Shown here piece by piece: positions 21,701-30,857 of a stretch of DNA of 64,000 nt. The translations under genes were made by a program, and so were the position numbers. The DNA comes from Poseidonia sp. (lineage in GTDB: Archaea > Thermoplasmatota > Poseidoniia > Poseidoniales > Poseidoniaceae), in NCBI GenBank assembly GCA_965661285.1, contig CBFIDD010000001.1, positions 372,852 through 436,851 of the forward strand. The letters are read 5' to 3'. The first letter of the stretch is position 1. Each line of letters opens with the position of its first letter. The notes beneath the pieces are model-generated. The model was not told where the DNA came from. It ran no database searches and saw nothing but the letters and a program-made list of their open reading frames with translations.

Positions 21701-21963
21701 TCAGCGAAACCGTGGACGACGAAGGGTGGGCTCCCCTGCCTCCGCCAGCGGACGATGATGAGCACCAGCACGAAGCAACGACCACCCCCTTCACACCCAG
21801 TTCAACCCCCGATGTGGACGATGAGCGAGCCGTGCTGGAAGCAGAACTGGCGCGTTTGGACGCCGAACGCAGCCATCGCATTGCCCACAACCCCGTTGAA
21901 GCACCCTCCAAAGACACGGCTCTCGCCGATTTGGAATCCAAACTTTCCGACCTTGACTTCTGA
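18787..21963 (+). CDS. Large multidomain protein: DUF2226-like, Roadblock/LC7, second DUF2226-like, long coiled coil, acidic tail
   Basis: 1058-aa ORF with SD-like AGGTGA upstream; Roadblock-like segment VRGAMAIDSGMLI...WTLHTENGALLLARSGEISLAVWTEKDAN; heptad-rich from about aa 350 to 720; DUF2226 call is tentative. Confidence 0.8.
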   Translation: MFELPSGTPINETITLEEGVLQPFAHGAISTYLGRRKTPAGHRLVRGGRIVGYLADAEEKNTLLGGVEAKLRLERLEGEQRFRHYASSYSIAELGSLAELVPEAFVHQADRQGLKSSTNAVERLLSRDLSTVIRTLETNTTVRGAMAIDSGMLIDHVGDLPGLGEEERLASELHEMMTAMGGQDLHSQWGMQGQSHWTLHTENGALLLARSGEISLAVWTEKDANHARLLSSASIALEGDIVAAGAHGSKMPEGFTLRDGRGGPDAVISMLKAGLEEAVTGHVQSGSSSKAVSLVLSRGVPVALWSPAFNTEEEAMMALTEAKRKVQLIRFPAGTIVSAASGTVESFTLAGFIKSLATVRTRSEARQASLKSLLDDMLGFHAGLETLQKERVKMAFKSDGADVAEALPVMRDEAVAAVDAGLRRKLEKAEHTIDELNKTKAVLEGQLKALEKKKDAAQIVAREAAESRQENTTALEEAHAQLNAMQVDLAQARGQSEEAEARAERLVRRVNELEHQVSERAAELARAIGDAESSAELKQAIEALALKEAELQANLAEGSERLDTIRKQSDDEERRLRVLSEQVNTSRERHARVQADLMTAQEQVHVSNLELEAIRTEEKHARQRTEEDRVRRAEDESRRANIQAELRELMDERRLVLRELGDLGARRGHAEAELASLVDKATSLAEAHEEALADIQEAERLRARLAEEPLAQALLDDNNTFQGLGPVLERLEHARGLGYSVTMLDRAVERALQVIQSTVDHVAATPRHLLSSEVMTLLERQVPQTAGAVRGLARWSVQQRLEQQLGETVNHVVVDLEHLLEDFDRSITMLRRIRNVLEQVERLGAPSHEVHALLANCQRPEALPSLAQGTRKLIQVALDDIYLEADQRDAGEAIGLEETARVLEELITQLDASGLTDGRPSGMMWDFQRDGLLPFERESIPAEQRIPVNEAMLNDLEPHLVHTEEVSVVDNVSETVDDEGWAPLPPPADDDEHQHEATTTPFTPSSTPDVDDERAVLEAELARLDAERSHRIAHNPVEAPSKDTALADLESKLSDLDF

Positions 21964-22217
21964 TGATCGGTATGTCAGACGAGACGACCACACTCATGGG
22001 GCGTGAAGAAGTGCCCGGAAAACCGTATCCATTATGGATGGAACGCGTGTTTCTGCTGGCGGCTGTGGTGGCCTTTGTGTACACCCACTCGAGTGTAAAC
22101 GAAACGATGGCCCATGATGTGTTGGGCCCTCTTGTGGCCTACGTCCTCTATCCGCTGGCGTTGCTGGGTGCCGTTGAGATGGCTGGACGCTTGCTTCAAC
22201 GAAGCAGAACCTCATAG
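21963..22217 (+). CDS. Small two-TM membrane protein
   Basis: TGATG overlap with the upstream gene; two hydrophobic helices (VFLLAAVVAFVY; LVAYVLYPLALLGAV). Confidence 0.7.
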   Translation: MIGMSDETTTLMGREEVPGKPYPLWMERVFLLAAVVAFVYTHSSVNETMAHDVLGPLVAYVLYPLALLGAVEMAGRLLQRSRTS

Positions 22218-23429
22218 TTGGGTGAAGTCCTTTGTCTCCGGCTCGGGCGGGAGACGACTGGTGCGAGATTGAATGAACCCAATGACGCGCTGCCAGGGGA
22301 TGAAAAAGCGCAAAACCGCCATGATGCTCAAGAAGAGCAAGGCCGAAATCACGAGGCCGTAGGTGAGCGTCAGTTCGATCGATTCCGAGACCTGCCCCGC
22401 CCATTGGCTTCCGGTTGTATCCGATACGATGGTCAGTAACACCTTGTGGAAGCCCAAAGCAACCATGGTGGCGACGCCTGTCAACCCCAAGAACATGAAG
22501 GTGTGGCGAAGGTGCGTGTTGAGCACGTTGTCCATCTGGCGAACGTATTCCGGGTCTCGCTTGCACGATTCTGGCAGGCGGAAGGCATACTCGAGGTTGC
22601 GAATAACGCCGTAGCTCGCTTCTTGGAAGACCATGATGAGCACGGCGATGAGGATGAGATTGAACTGTTCCTGCGTCACGAGGTTAAGTCCAAACAAACC
22701 AATGGTCGGGTCCGAGGTTTGACTTTCCAACGTGGCAAGCGTCCCCCCGTAGGCACCCAGTTGAGACTTGATGAGCGGGAAGGTGAGAATGGCGTGGATA
22801 CCGAGGAACAACAGGGTGAAGCCGATGGCCCAGGCGATGGATCTGCGAGAAAGGCCCCAGATACCTCGTGTTCCCATGATAACAGGAAGGAGATAGATGA
22901 AGAGAATCATCAACGACATGATCATCAGAAGCGGCCACTGAAGCGTCTCCAATTCTGCGTCGGTAGGAAGGCGTAAGTCAAAGGAAAACAGCATGCCGGC
23001 GAACCACGAAAGGACGAGGCGCCCGACGAGCAACACGATGAGGCCCACGATGAAACCCAGTTTGATGCGCTGTTGCACCTTTGGGGATTGGAAGGCGATG
23101 AGCGCCATCGTGCCTCCGAGGCTCAATCCCAAAACGAGCGGGACGAAGAAGCGAGCCATGCCGCTGCGCCCTTCACCGGTCAACCAGTCGCCCAACGGGA
23201 GCTGGTCGGAGATCAACAACTCAATGGAATCGAACACAATGGTGTGGTCAATGGAGCCGACAACGTAGGTGGAGACCACCTCAAGGTACATCCCGATAAG
23301 GGCGACCGTGGCGATGACCTGAAGGGCGAGAATTTGCCACTGGCGTCGAAGGTTCTTCAGATGGAGCGTGCGTGGTTTCGCCGCCCCGTCGAGGTAGACG
23401 TCCGATTGGAGACCGACTTCGCCTGCCAT
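22212..23429 (-). CDS. Hypothetical polytopic membrane protein
   Basis: About 8 hydrophobic segments; starts 1 nt after the DUF58 gene stop. Confidence 0.8.
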   Translation of the reverse strand: MAGEVGLQSDVYLDGAAKPRTLHLKNLRRQWQILALQVIATVALIGMYLEVVSTYVVGSIDHTIVFDSIELLISDQLPLGDWLTGEGRSGMARFFVPLVLGLSLGGTMALIAFQSPKVQQRIKLGFIVGLIVLLVGRLVLSWFAGMLFSFDLRLPTDAELETLQWPLLMIMSLMILFIYLLPVIMGTRGIWGLSRRSIAWAIGFTLLFLGIHAILTFPLIKSQLGAYGGTLATLESQTSDPTIGLFGLNLVTQEQFNLILIAVLIMVFQEASYGVIRNLEYAFRLPESCKRDPEYVRQMDNVLNTHLRHTFMFLGLTGVATMVALGFHKVLLTIVSDTTGSQWAGQVSESIELTLTYGLVISALLFLSIMAVLRFFIPWQRVIGFIQSRTSRLPPEPETKDFTQL

Positions 23430-23430
23430 C

Positions 23431-24684
23431 TCAATACCCCCTCACCTGCATCAACGCTTGCGACAAATCCATGTCCGGCATCCAATCAATCACCTGAGCA
23501 CCCGAGCCCGCCAAGGTCGTCAAACGGTTTTGTCGCTCAAGTTTCAACACCTCATAGGACATGCGTGGGATGCGGCTGACGAGGCGCTCGAAATCAACAC
23601 TTGAGGGCGAAAGGACGGTGACCTCATGCCCTCGGCCAACCAAGTCTCGAACGGCTGCGGGAACGGTACCGTCGCCCTCACACGAGGAGATGATGAACAC
23701 GGGGCTGCCCCGACTAAAACGCCCGCTTAGCGAATTGGTCACGGCCTGCAGCGGCATGGCGCCTTGGGGGCGAACGCCAGCAAGCGCACTGAGGATCTTG
23801 AAGTACTGCTTGTCCCCGGTGTCGGGAGGCAAATACGAGAGTTTCTCATCGTAAATGGCCAGCGCTACCGAATCTCGTCGCTTCAAGAAAAAGGCAGCAA
23901 GGCTGGCGGCAGAAACCGTACCCATCTCGAGGGGATTCTTCAGCACGGTTCCGATTCGGGCCAAGTCTCGACTGTCAAGAATGAGGTAGAGGTCGGTGAC
24001 AGCATCGCGACATTTCTCGTTGACCATGAGGTCGCCGGTCCTTGCGAAGGCTTTCCAATTGATGTTCTTGAAGGGGTCACCGGGAACATATTCTCGCAGA
24101 GAATAGAATTCAGACCCCTGGCCGGGCGTGCGCAAGGTGGTTGCGCCCGTGTACATCTTGGGCGTTCGACTTCGCAGGAAGGCTTCCTCAATGTCCTTGA
24201 TTTGGGGGAAGATGACGATGTCGCTGTGGTGGTCGACGTACATCTCCTCAACGCCGAGATTGAAGGTGTTGCGAGCACGCAGGGAGACCGGGCCGATGGA
24301 ATAGTGGCCTCGTAGCGGGCAGCGCAACACGTAGCGGATACGTGCACTTTCCCCTGGCTTGAGATTCAATTGCATTTGGTTCAGTCCGCTGCGCAATTTC
24401 ATCTCGTGAGGAATGTTATCATAGATGTCGAGCATCTGTGTTTTACGATTGCTTCGGTTGGTCACCAGCAATTCGACGTACAGGTCGTCGCCCTTGTACA
24501 GGTTGTCAGCAGACAGCGTGCGCTGCACCTCGACATCGCCGTGGCCAGAAATCCACGAATTCACCACGATGAAGGCGATGAGCGTGAGACCGAGGATCAT
24601 CATTTGTTGATTGGAAATCATCATTCCAATCAGCACCAACGCAATGCCGCCGGTGAACGTGAACGCTGCCTTACGTGTCCACAT
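23431..24684 (-). CDS. DUF58 domain protein (vWA-like, MoxR-associated)
   Basis: RGHYSIGP, GQGSEFYSLREYVPGDPFKNINWKAFAR..LMV, ILDSR; two N-terminal TM helices. Confidence 0.9.
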   Translation of the reverse strand: MWTRKAAFTFTGGIALVLIGMMISNQQMMILGLTLIAFIVVNSWISGHGDVEVQRTLSADNLYKGDDLYVELLVTNRSNRKTQMLDIYDNIPHEMKLRSGLNQMQLNLKPGESARIRYVLRCPLRGHYSIGPVSLRARNTFNLGVEEMYVDHHSDIVIFPQIKDIEEAFLRSRTPKMYTGATTLRTPGQGSEFYSLREYVPGDPFKNINWKAFARTGDLMVNEKCRDAVTDLYLILDSRDLARIGTVLKNPLEMGTVSAASLAAFFLKRRDSVALAIYDEKLSYLPPDTGDKQYFKILSALAGVRPQGAMPLQAVTNSLSGRFSRGSPVFIISSCEGDGTVPAAVRDLVGRGHEVTVLSPSSVDFERLVSRIPRMSYEVLKLERQNRLTTLAGSGAQVIDWMPDMDLSQALMQVRGY

Positions 24685-24693
24685 CTTCTCACC

Positions 24694-26307
24694 TCACTGG
24701 CGTCCCCACGCCTTGATGCGTTTTACCAGCGCCACGGTTTGTTCAAGCGTGTATTTATTGCTGGATTCAACGGCAAACTTTGCAAGCACGGGGTCGTTGA
24801 TCATCGACACCAACTCATTGGCCTTCATCGCTTGGAATTCTTCCCTGTTCAATCCGTTTTGATTGCGAACCTTTGACAGGAAGACTTGACGAATCTTTTC
24901 CACTTTGGAGTAGTACGCATAGCGATTTGCGTCCCCGAATCCGTAGTAAATGATGCTGAAGACATGGCGCCACGGTTCCGGGTCTCGTTTCTTGATGAGC
25001 ACCGCTTCAAACGTGATGAAGAGAATGAGGAACAGCACGAGCATGGCCAAGCCTTCGCCGGTGAAATAGACCAGGAGGAAATACACCATGTTGTACGAAT
25101 CGGCGGCAAGAGCGCTTTGTGGATGGCGAGATTCGTCAAAAATGACCATGGCGTTCTCGGCCGGTTCACCCACTTCATCCACACGTTCACTCATCAGCGC
25201 CTCTGCGACGAAATCAAGCGCCCACTTTCGGTTATCATTGGCCGGCATGAGGGTGTCGGTCGGCCCGTAATTGCCCTCGTTGAACCCTTCGTAGTCGTAC
25301 ATGGCGTTGATGAGCGCCGACCCGTCGGCCACGAAGACGATGCGTCCACCGTCAGCGGGTGAACAGCTCGCTCGAGCGCAGGCTTCGATACTGAGATTGA
25401 ATTGCCCCCATCGGTCGGGTGTTTCCGGGGTAATCTCGTTGCCAACCCAGATTTCACCGTCGCCGTTGACGTCAACCGTCGCCTCGTTGCTGGTCAAGGC
25501 ACGAACGGCGATTTCAGAGAGCGGGCCACGGACGCCGGGAATGACCTCCAGTCCGGTGATGTTGTTGAGCAGGAGTTGGTAGGTGCCGTTGTAGTCAACG
25601 CGTCCGTTGATCATGTGTTGCTCACAAAGCGGTGCTTCTCCGGGAACAAAGTTTTGCTCGTCGAGTTTTGAACAGGGATGTTCTCCGGGGCCACCAACCT
25701 GAGCCCAACGTTCGTGCGTTGAGAGCGTGGACGGGTCAAGTTGGGTCCCGTTCATCCCGCACGGATTGTTCTGGATACACATCCAGACGTAATTGAAATC
25801 CAACTCGGTCGCATAGGTGGTGTCGTACACTTGCTCGCCGGTGTATCGGATGCCAAAGGCTTCGGCGATGGTGTTGGCGTAACCGTAATCTTCGAAGACC
25901 ATGGCCGTCCCCCCAGCCTCCACAAACTCAACGATGGCGTTGATTTCCGAAGGTGAATAGCCTGCTCCTGAGGCGACGGTGATGAAGCCATCATCGTCAA
26001 ACTGGGGCAAAGAAAGGGTGTCCCGCTCAACGCCTGCCAGCACGTACGTCGTGTTGCGTGGGTCCTCAATATCAGCGAGGAGAAGCGGACTGCTGACCAG
26101 CGAACGGGTTTCGATGCCCATGGCCTTGATGTCGTCCCGGAAGGCCGACATGTCGTTCCAATCATCGTCGTAGGCCGAAAGTTGGTTGGTGGCGCTGAGG
26201 TTGATAAAGTTCAGGAGAATCGTCATCAGCAAAATGAGCATGACCGCCCAGAACGACGCTTGAAGGGCCAGCCTTCGAGCATTGAAATTGGCGGGGAGGC
26301 CCAACAT
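24694..26307 (-). CDS. Membrane-anchored extracellular protein, DUF4350/GATase-like
   Basis: N-terminal TM, SAYDDDWNDMS, EFVEAGGTAMVFED, GRIVFVADGSALIN, VIFDESRH, C-terminal TM. Confidence 0.72.
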   Translation of the reverse strand: MLGLPANFNARRLALQASFWAVMLILLMTILLNFINLSATNQLSAYDDDWNDMSAFRDDIKAMGIETRSLVSSPLLLADIEDPRNTTYVLAGVERDTLSLPQFDDDGFITVASGAGYSPSEINAIVEFVEAGGTAMVFEDYGYANTIAEAFGIRYTGEQVYDTTYATELDFNYVWMCIQNNPCGMNGTQLDPSTLSTHERWAQVGGPGEHPCSKLDEQNFVPGEAPLCEQHMINGRVDYNGTYQLLLNNITGLEVIPGVRGPLSEIAVRALTSNEATVDVNGDGEIWVGNEITPETPDRWGQFNLSIEACARASCSPADGGRIVFVADGSALINAMYDYEGFNEGNYGPTDTLMPANDNRKWALDFVAEALMSERVDEVGEPAENAMVIFDESRHPQSALAADSYNMVYFLLVYFTGEGLAMLVLFLILFITFEAVLIKKRDPEPWRHVFSIIYYGFGDANRYAYYSKVEKIRQVFLSKVRNQNGLNREEFQAMKANELVSMINDPVLAKFAVESSNKYTLEQTVALVKRIKAWGRQ

Positions 26308-26409
26308 AGGAATCACTGGGAAAGGTTTCCCAGCCTTCCACGGCCCATGATGACTTTAGAAGGTTGTCCACTCCAGTTGGGAAAATGCTCATGCCAGCAT
26401 CGCGTGAAC

Positions 26410-26658
26410 TCACGTATTGAGATGTATTTTTTCAGCGATACGGGCGACGGCTGTGCTGGGAATGTTCACGAGTCTGCCAACGTGGTCAAACGGAAGGATG
26501 CTGGGGTCGATATCGGCTTCAACTTGAACCACCAATTCGCTGAGAAGACCGGTGTTCAGGTCAACGTGCATGTCGGTGAGCACGCCCATGGGGACACCGG
26601 CTTTGTCAACGACCGTGTTTCCGAGGATTTCTCGACCAAAAATCGCCACGGCACCCAA
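26410..26658 (-). CDS. PRC-barrel domain protein (CdpB-like)
   Basis: ILGNTVVDKAGVPMGVLTDMHVDLNTGLLSELVV...VNIPSTAVARIAEKIHL fits the stand-alone archaeal PRC-barrel pattern. Confidence 0.82.
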   Translation of the reverse strand: MGAVAIFGREILGNTVVDKAGVPMGVLTDMHVDLNTGLLSELVVQVEADIDPSILPFDHVGRLVNIPSTAVARIAEKIHLNT

Positions 26659-26716
26659 CTCCTTGTTGCCCTTGGAGGGCTGGAATCACATCAATGCGTC
26701 GGTGGCTTGGAGGGCC

Positions 26717-28945
26717 TCACATCGTTTCGATGCCGCGGCTGAAGTCTCGGTTTCGCTTGATGTTGGTCAAGCCCGAAGTCAGGCGAGTTTCCATCTTTTG
26801 GTAGTACTCCAGCATGTCAGGCGTGACGGTGGGTCGTACCCTCGAGATGGCCTCTTCAAAGTGGGACTTGTTGACCTTCTTCTTGCCAGCACGCATGCAG
26901 ATAAGCGCCGCTTCTCGGCAGACGGCTTCGATATCGGCACCGGTGAACCCGTCCATACCTGTCAGGATATCCTTGAAGGAGAATTTACCCAACGGCATAC
27001 CTTCACTGTGGATTTTGAAAATCGATTCCCGTGCACCAGCATCGGGCGGTGGGACGTGAAGAACACGCTCAAAGCGACCGCTTCGCAGCAGTGCAGGGTC
27101 GATCATCTCGGGTCGGTTCGTCGCCGCAACGATGATGACGCCATCGAGCGATTCAACGCCGTCCATGCTCGCCAGCAACTGGTTCACGACACGGTTGCCG
27201 ACGTCGCTGCCCTCGGAAGCGCTTCCGCCACTGCGCATCGACGCAATGGACTCGAATTCATCCAGGAAAATAATCGAAGGGGCGGATTGCTTGGCCTTCT
27301 TGAAAATCTCTCGAATGGCCCGCTCGGATTCTCCGACCCATTTGGAGATGAGTTCAGGTCCTTTGATGCTGATGAAATTGGCTTGAGCCTCATTTGCGAT
27401 GGCTTTGGCGAGGAGGGTCTTCCCCGTACCGGGCGCACCGAACAGGACGATGCCTCGGGGGGGCTTGATGCCGAAGTGCTCGAAGAGTTCAGGTTTGGTC
27501 AACGGCCACTCAACCGACTCCTTGAGCCTGTCTTTCACCTCTTGGAGGCCGCCAACTTCGGACCAGCCAACTTCGGGAACCTCGACGTAAATTTCGCGCA
27601 GGGCTGAGGGCTCGATGTCTCGAATAGCCTCCTTGAAATCATCCATGCAGACTTCCATCTTTTCCAGCACTTCGGGAGGAAGGGTTTCCTCGTCGAGGTC
27701 AATTTCGGGCAGATAGCGCCGTAGAGCACGCATGGCCGCTTCTCGAACGAGCGCTGCAAGGTCGGCACCGACAAACCCGTAGGTGTTGTCAAGCACCCAA
27801 GCGATGTCGAAATCGTCCGCAATGGGCATCTGGCGAGTGTGAACGTCCATGATTTCGCTGCGACCTTCACGGTCAGGAACGCCGATCTCAATTTCACGGT
27901 CAAAGCGGCCAGGTCGTCGAAGCGCAGGGTCAAGGGCGTCTCGTCGGTTGGTGGCGCCGATGACGACGACATTGTCGCGCCCCTGCATCCCGTCCATCAG
28001 CGTCAGCATCTGAGCGACAACACGACGTTCAACTTCTCCTGTCACATCTTCACGTTTGGGACATATCGAATCGATTTCGTCGATGAACACGATGGCTGGG
28101 GCATTATCAGCGGCTTCGTCAAAAATTTCGCGGAGCTGCTTTTCGGATTCTCCGTAGTACTTCGAGATGATTTCCGGCCCGTTGATGCTCTTGAAGTGAG
28201 CGTTGACTTCGGTGGCGACCGCTTTGGCGATCATCGTCTTTCCCGTTCCCGGAGGCCCGTGGAGCAGAACACCTTTGGGCGGGTCAATGCCCAGTCTTCG
28301 GAACAACTCTGGGTGCTTGAGCGGCAGCTCAATCATCTCACGAACCTTCAGCAATTGCTGACCGATACCGCCCACGTCTTCGTAGGTGATGCCTTCCGAC
28401 TGACCCACGTCCTCTTCGGCGACCGCCTCGTCTTTGATGACAATCTCCGTATCGGTGGTTACGACAACGATGCCTTTGGGCACCGTTTGGACGACGGCAA
28501 AGGGCAACGCTTCAGCAAAGAGGGTCATGCCGGGAATGAAAATTCGGTCGCCTGCGACCACAGGTCGCTTGGCGAGGCCTCGCTTCGCGAAGCCCTCGAT
28601 GCCCGGCCCAAACTTGACTTTCTGCTTGTTGGCCATCACCGGGGAGATGGTCAATTTCTTGCACTCCTGGGCCTTGACTTTTCGCACCGTGACTCGGTCG
28701 CCAAGACTGACGCCAGCGTTTTTTCTGATGATGCCGTCCATTCTAATGATGTCCATTTTTGCATCTTCAGGGCGACTGCGCCAGTAAATGGCGGCGGTTG
28801 AACGCTCCTCTCCGCTGATTTCAACGAAGTCGCCTGGCTTCAGGTCAAGGCCCATTTCCGAGGAAATTCGAGCCCTGCCAAACCCCACGTCTGAGGGGAT
28901 GGCCTTGGATACGCGTAGTTCAATGGTGTCGTCTTTGTCTGCCAT
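26717..28945 (-). CDS. cdc48: AAA+ ATPase Cdc48/VAT (p97 family)
   Basis: N-domain DVGFGRARI...[14 protein letters not shown]; D1 [22 protein letters not shown]; D2 [20 protein letters not shown]. Confidence 0.96.
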   Translation of the reverse strand: MADKDDTIELRVSKAIPSDVGFGRARISSEMGLDLKPGDFVEISGEERSTAAIYWRSRPEDAKMDIIRMDGIIRKNAGVSLGDRVTVRKVKAQECKKLTISPVMANKQKVKFGPGIEGFAKRGLAKRPVVAGDRIFIPGMTLFAEALPFAVVQTVPKGIVVVTTDTEIVIKDEAVAEEDVGQSEGITYEDVGGIGQQLLKVREMIELPLKHPELFRRLGIDPPKGVLLHGPPGTGKTMIAKAVATEVNAHFKSINGPEIISKYYGESEKQLREIFDEAADNAPAIVFIDEIDSICPKREDVTGEVERRVVAQMLTLMDGMQGRDNVVVIGATNRRDALDPALRRPGRFDREIEIGVPDREGRSEIMDVHTRQMPIADDFDIAWVLDNTYGFVGADLAALVREAAMRALRRYLPEIDLDEETLPPEVLEKMEVCMDDFKEAIRDIEPSALREIYVEVPEVGWSEVGGLQEVKDRLKESVEWPLTKPELFEHFGIKPPRGIVLFGAPGTGKTLLAKAIANEAQANFISIKGPELISKWVGESERAIREIFKKAKQSAPSIIFLDEFESIASMRSGGSASEGSDVGNRVVNQLLASMDGVESLDGVIIVAATNRPEMIDPALLRSGRFERVLHVPPPDAGARESIFKIHSEGMPLGKFSFKDILTGMDGFTGADIEAVCREAALICMRAGKKKVNKSHFEEAISRVRPTVTPDMLEYYQKMETRLTSGLTNIKRNRDFSRGIETM

Positions 28946-28980
28946 GGTGCTCCCTCTCGTTATCAATGAACATTCAACGG

Positions 28981-28987
28981 TATATAA
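28981..28987 (-). promoter_or_regulatory. Putative TATA box of the cdc48 transcription unit
   Basis: TTATATA on the minus strand about 36-42 nt upstream of the ATG at 28945. Confidence 0.5.
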
Positions 28988-29133
28988 TGAAATTCAACCC
29001 GTCCCTTGACTTGCTTGCAAGGTCCAATAGGGCAGGGCCATTTTAAACCCGTTCCACCACCTTCTTGAACCTCGAAAACACATCCAATCTTCGAGTCCAT
29101 CACATTCAAGAGACGCCTTTTGTTGGCCAAACC

Positions 29134-30762
29134 ATGACTCATGTCCTCGAAACCGGCTTGGAATACATGGAAATCAAGAACCCCACGGGTAAACCCGCTG
29201 TGCGCGGCTACAACATCATCAACGGTCAACTCACAGTGGCCAGCGACAACGCAACCTTCCGCTCGAACAACCCCGCCCACCTCGCAGATTGCCTCGGGGA
29301 ATTCCCGCTCTCGACACGAGACGATGTTCGCGAAGCCCTCCACGCTGCTCGCACCGCCTTCCCCGAATGGGCTGCAACCCCCGCACCAACCCGAGGTCAA
29401 ATCATTGGCAACATGGGTCGTCTGTTGATGGAACACAAGGAGGCCCTCGTCGCGCTCGAAACTCGTGAAATCGGAAAGACCCTCAAGGAGTCCGGCGGCG
29501 AAATCCAAGAGGCCATTGATACCTGCCTCTTCTTCCAATCCGAGGGTCGTCGGCTCTACGGCCAAACGGTCAACTCTGAACTCCCCGACAAGGAATTGTT
29601 CACCTACCGACGGCCGCTTGGCGTTTGCGGCATCATCAACGCCTGCAACTTCCCGTCAGCTGTCCCCTTCTGGAAGATGATCCCCGCCATTATGTGCGGG
29701 AACACCTGCGTGTGGAAGAGTCCACAGGACGCCCCTTTGCTCTCGTTTGCCTTGGCCCGCATCATGCACGAGGCCGGCCTTCCTAACGGCGTCATCAACC
29801 TCGTTCACGGCAAGGGCAGCGGTGCAGGCCAATACCTCGTCGACGCCGTTGATGAGGGACTGGTGAACAAAATCTCCTTCACCGGTTCGACCGGCGTTGG
29901 CAAGATGATCGGCGAGGTTTGCGGACGCAACCTCGTCTCGTGTTCATTGGAGTTGGGCGGTAAGAACCCCTTGGTGGTCATGCCTTCGGCGGACCTCGAA
30001 AACGCCGTGGAGGGCGCGTATTGGGGCGGCTTCGGCACCGCCGGTCAACGCTGCACCAGCCTGGGCAACCTCATCGTCCACGAGAGCATCTACGACGCGT
30101 TCATGGAGAAATTCATGGCCAAGGTAAAATCAACCCGCATCGGAAATTCCCTGGTCCACAAAGATGTCCTGTACGGCCCGATGCTGTCCGAGAAGTACGG
30201 CAAAGACTTCCTCGCTGGCATCGAGATGGCCAAAGCCAGCGGCGCCACCCACATCTGGGGCGAGGGACCCATCACCGCTGAAAGCGCTCCTGAGAACTTC
30301 CTCGGCGACGCCAGTGAAGGCGTGTTCATGTGGCCGCATGTCTTTGTTGATGTCACCGAAGACATGGAGTGCTTCCACGAGGAAATCTTCGGCCCGGTGG
30401 TCACCGTGGTCAAGGCGAAGGATTTCGACCACGCACTTCACCTGGCGAACGCCAGCCCCTACGGACTATCATCAGCCATCTACACCAACGACCGCCTCGA
30501 AGCCTACCGCTTCAAGACGGGCATCAAGGCCGGCATGACGGGCATCAACAACTCCACGAGCGGGGCTGAGGCTCACCTGCCGTTTGGCGGCGTCAAAGGC
30601 TCCGGAAACGGTACACGAGAATCCGGAATCTGGGTTCTCGAGGCCTACTCCTACTGGCACGCCGTGAACGATGAGCTCTCGGGCAAACTCCAACTCGCTC
30701 AGATGGACGTTGACGAAATTGAAATGGTCGAGGCCGAAGTCAATTGGTCGGAATTGGCCTGA
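29134..30762 (+). CDS. NAD(P)-dependent aldehyde dehydrogenase
   Basis: CNFP, FTGSTGVG, LELGGKNP (Glu), AGQRCT (Cys), EEIFGPV, PFGGVKGSG; start reassigned to 29134. Confidence 0.95.
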   Translation: MTHVLETGLEYMEIKNPTGKPAVRGYNIINGQLTVASDNATFRSNNPAHLADCLGEFPLSTRDDVREALHAARTAFPEWAATPAPTRGQIIGNMGRLLMEHKEALVALETREIGKTLKESGGEIQEAIDTCLFFQSEGRRLYGQTVNSELPDKELFTYRRPLGVCGIINACNFPSAVPFWKMIPAIMCGNTCVWKSPQDAPLLSFALARIMHEAGLPNGVINLVHGKGSGAGQYLVDAVDEGLVNKISFTGSTGVGKMIGEVCGRNLVSCSLELGGKNPLVVMPSADLENAVEGAYWGGFGTAGQRCTSLGNLIVHESIYDAFMEKFMAKVKSTRIGNSLVHKDVLYGPMLSEKYGKDFLAGIEMAKASGATHIWGEGPITAESAPENFLGDASEGVFMWPHVFVDVTEDMECFHEEIFGPVVTVVKAKDFDHALHLANASPYGLSSAIYTNDRLEAYRFKTGIKAGMTGINNSTSGAEAHLPFGGVKGSGNGTRESGIWVLEAYSYWHAVNDELSGKLQLAQMDVDEIEMVEAEVNWSELA

Positions 30763-30829
30763 ATTTCTTTCAAAAACGGCATACGCCTCAATGGTGAACC
30801 TCAAAGACCCTGCCCTTCTCGGATAGAAC

Positions 30830-30850
30830 GTTCCCAGTGGGAACAGGGGG
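30830..30850. promoter_or_regulatory. Perfect inverted repeat plus G-run upstream of the sdh operon
   Basis: GTTCCCA-G-TGGGAAC followed by AGGGGG, ending 7 nt before the start at 30858. Confidence 0.45.
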
Positions 30851-30857
30851 ATTTTGA

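Noticed and set aside
18787-21963. SMC/Rad50 assignment for the long coiled-coil protein
   Set aside because: No Walker A, ABC signature, hinge or zinc hook is visible.
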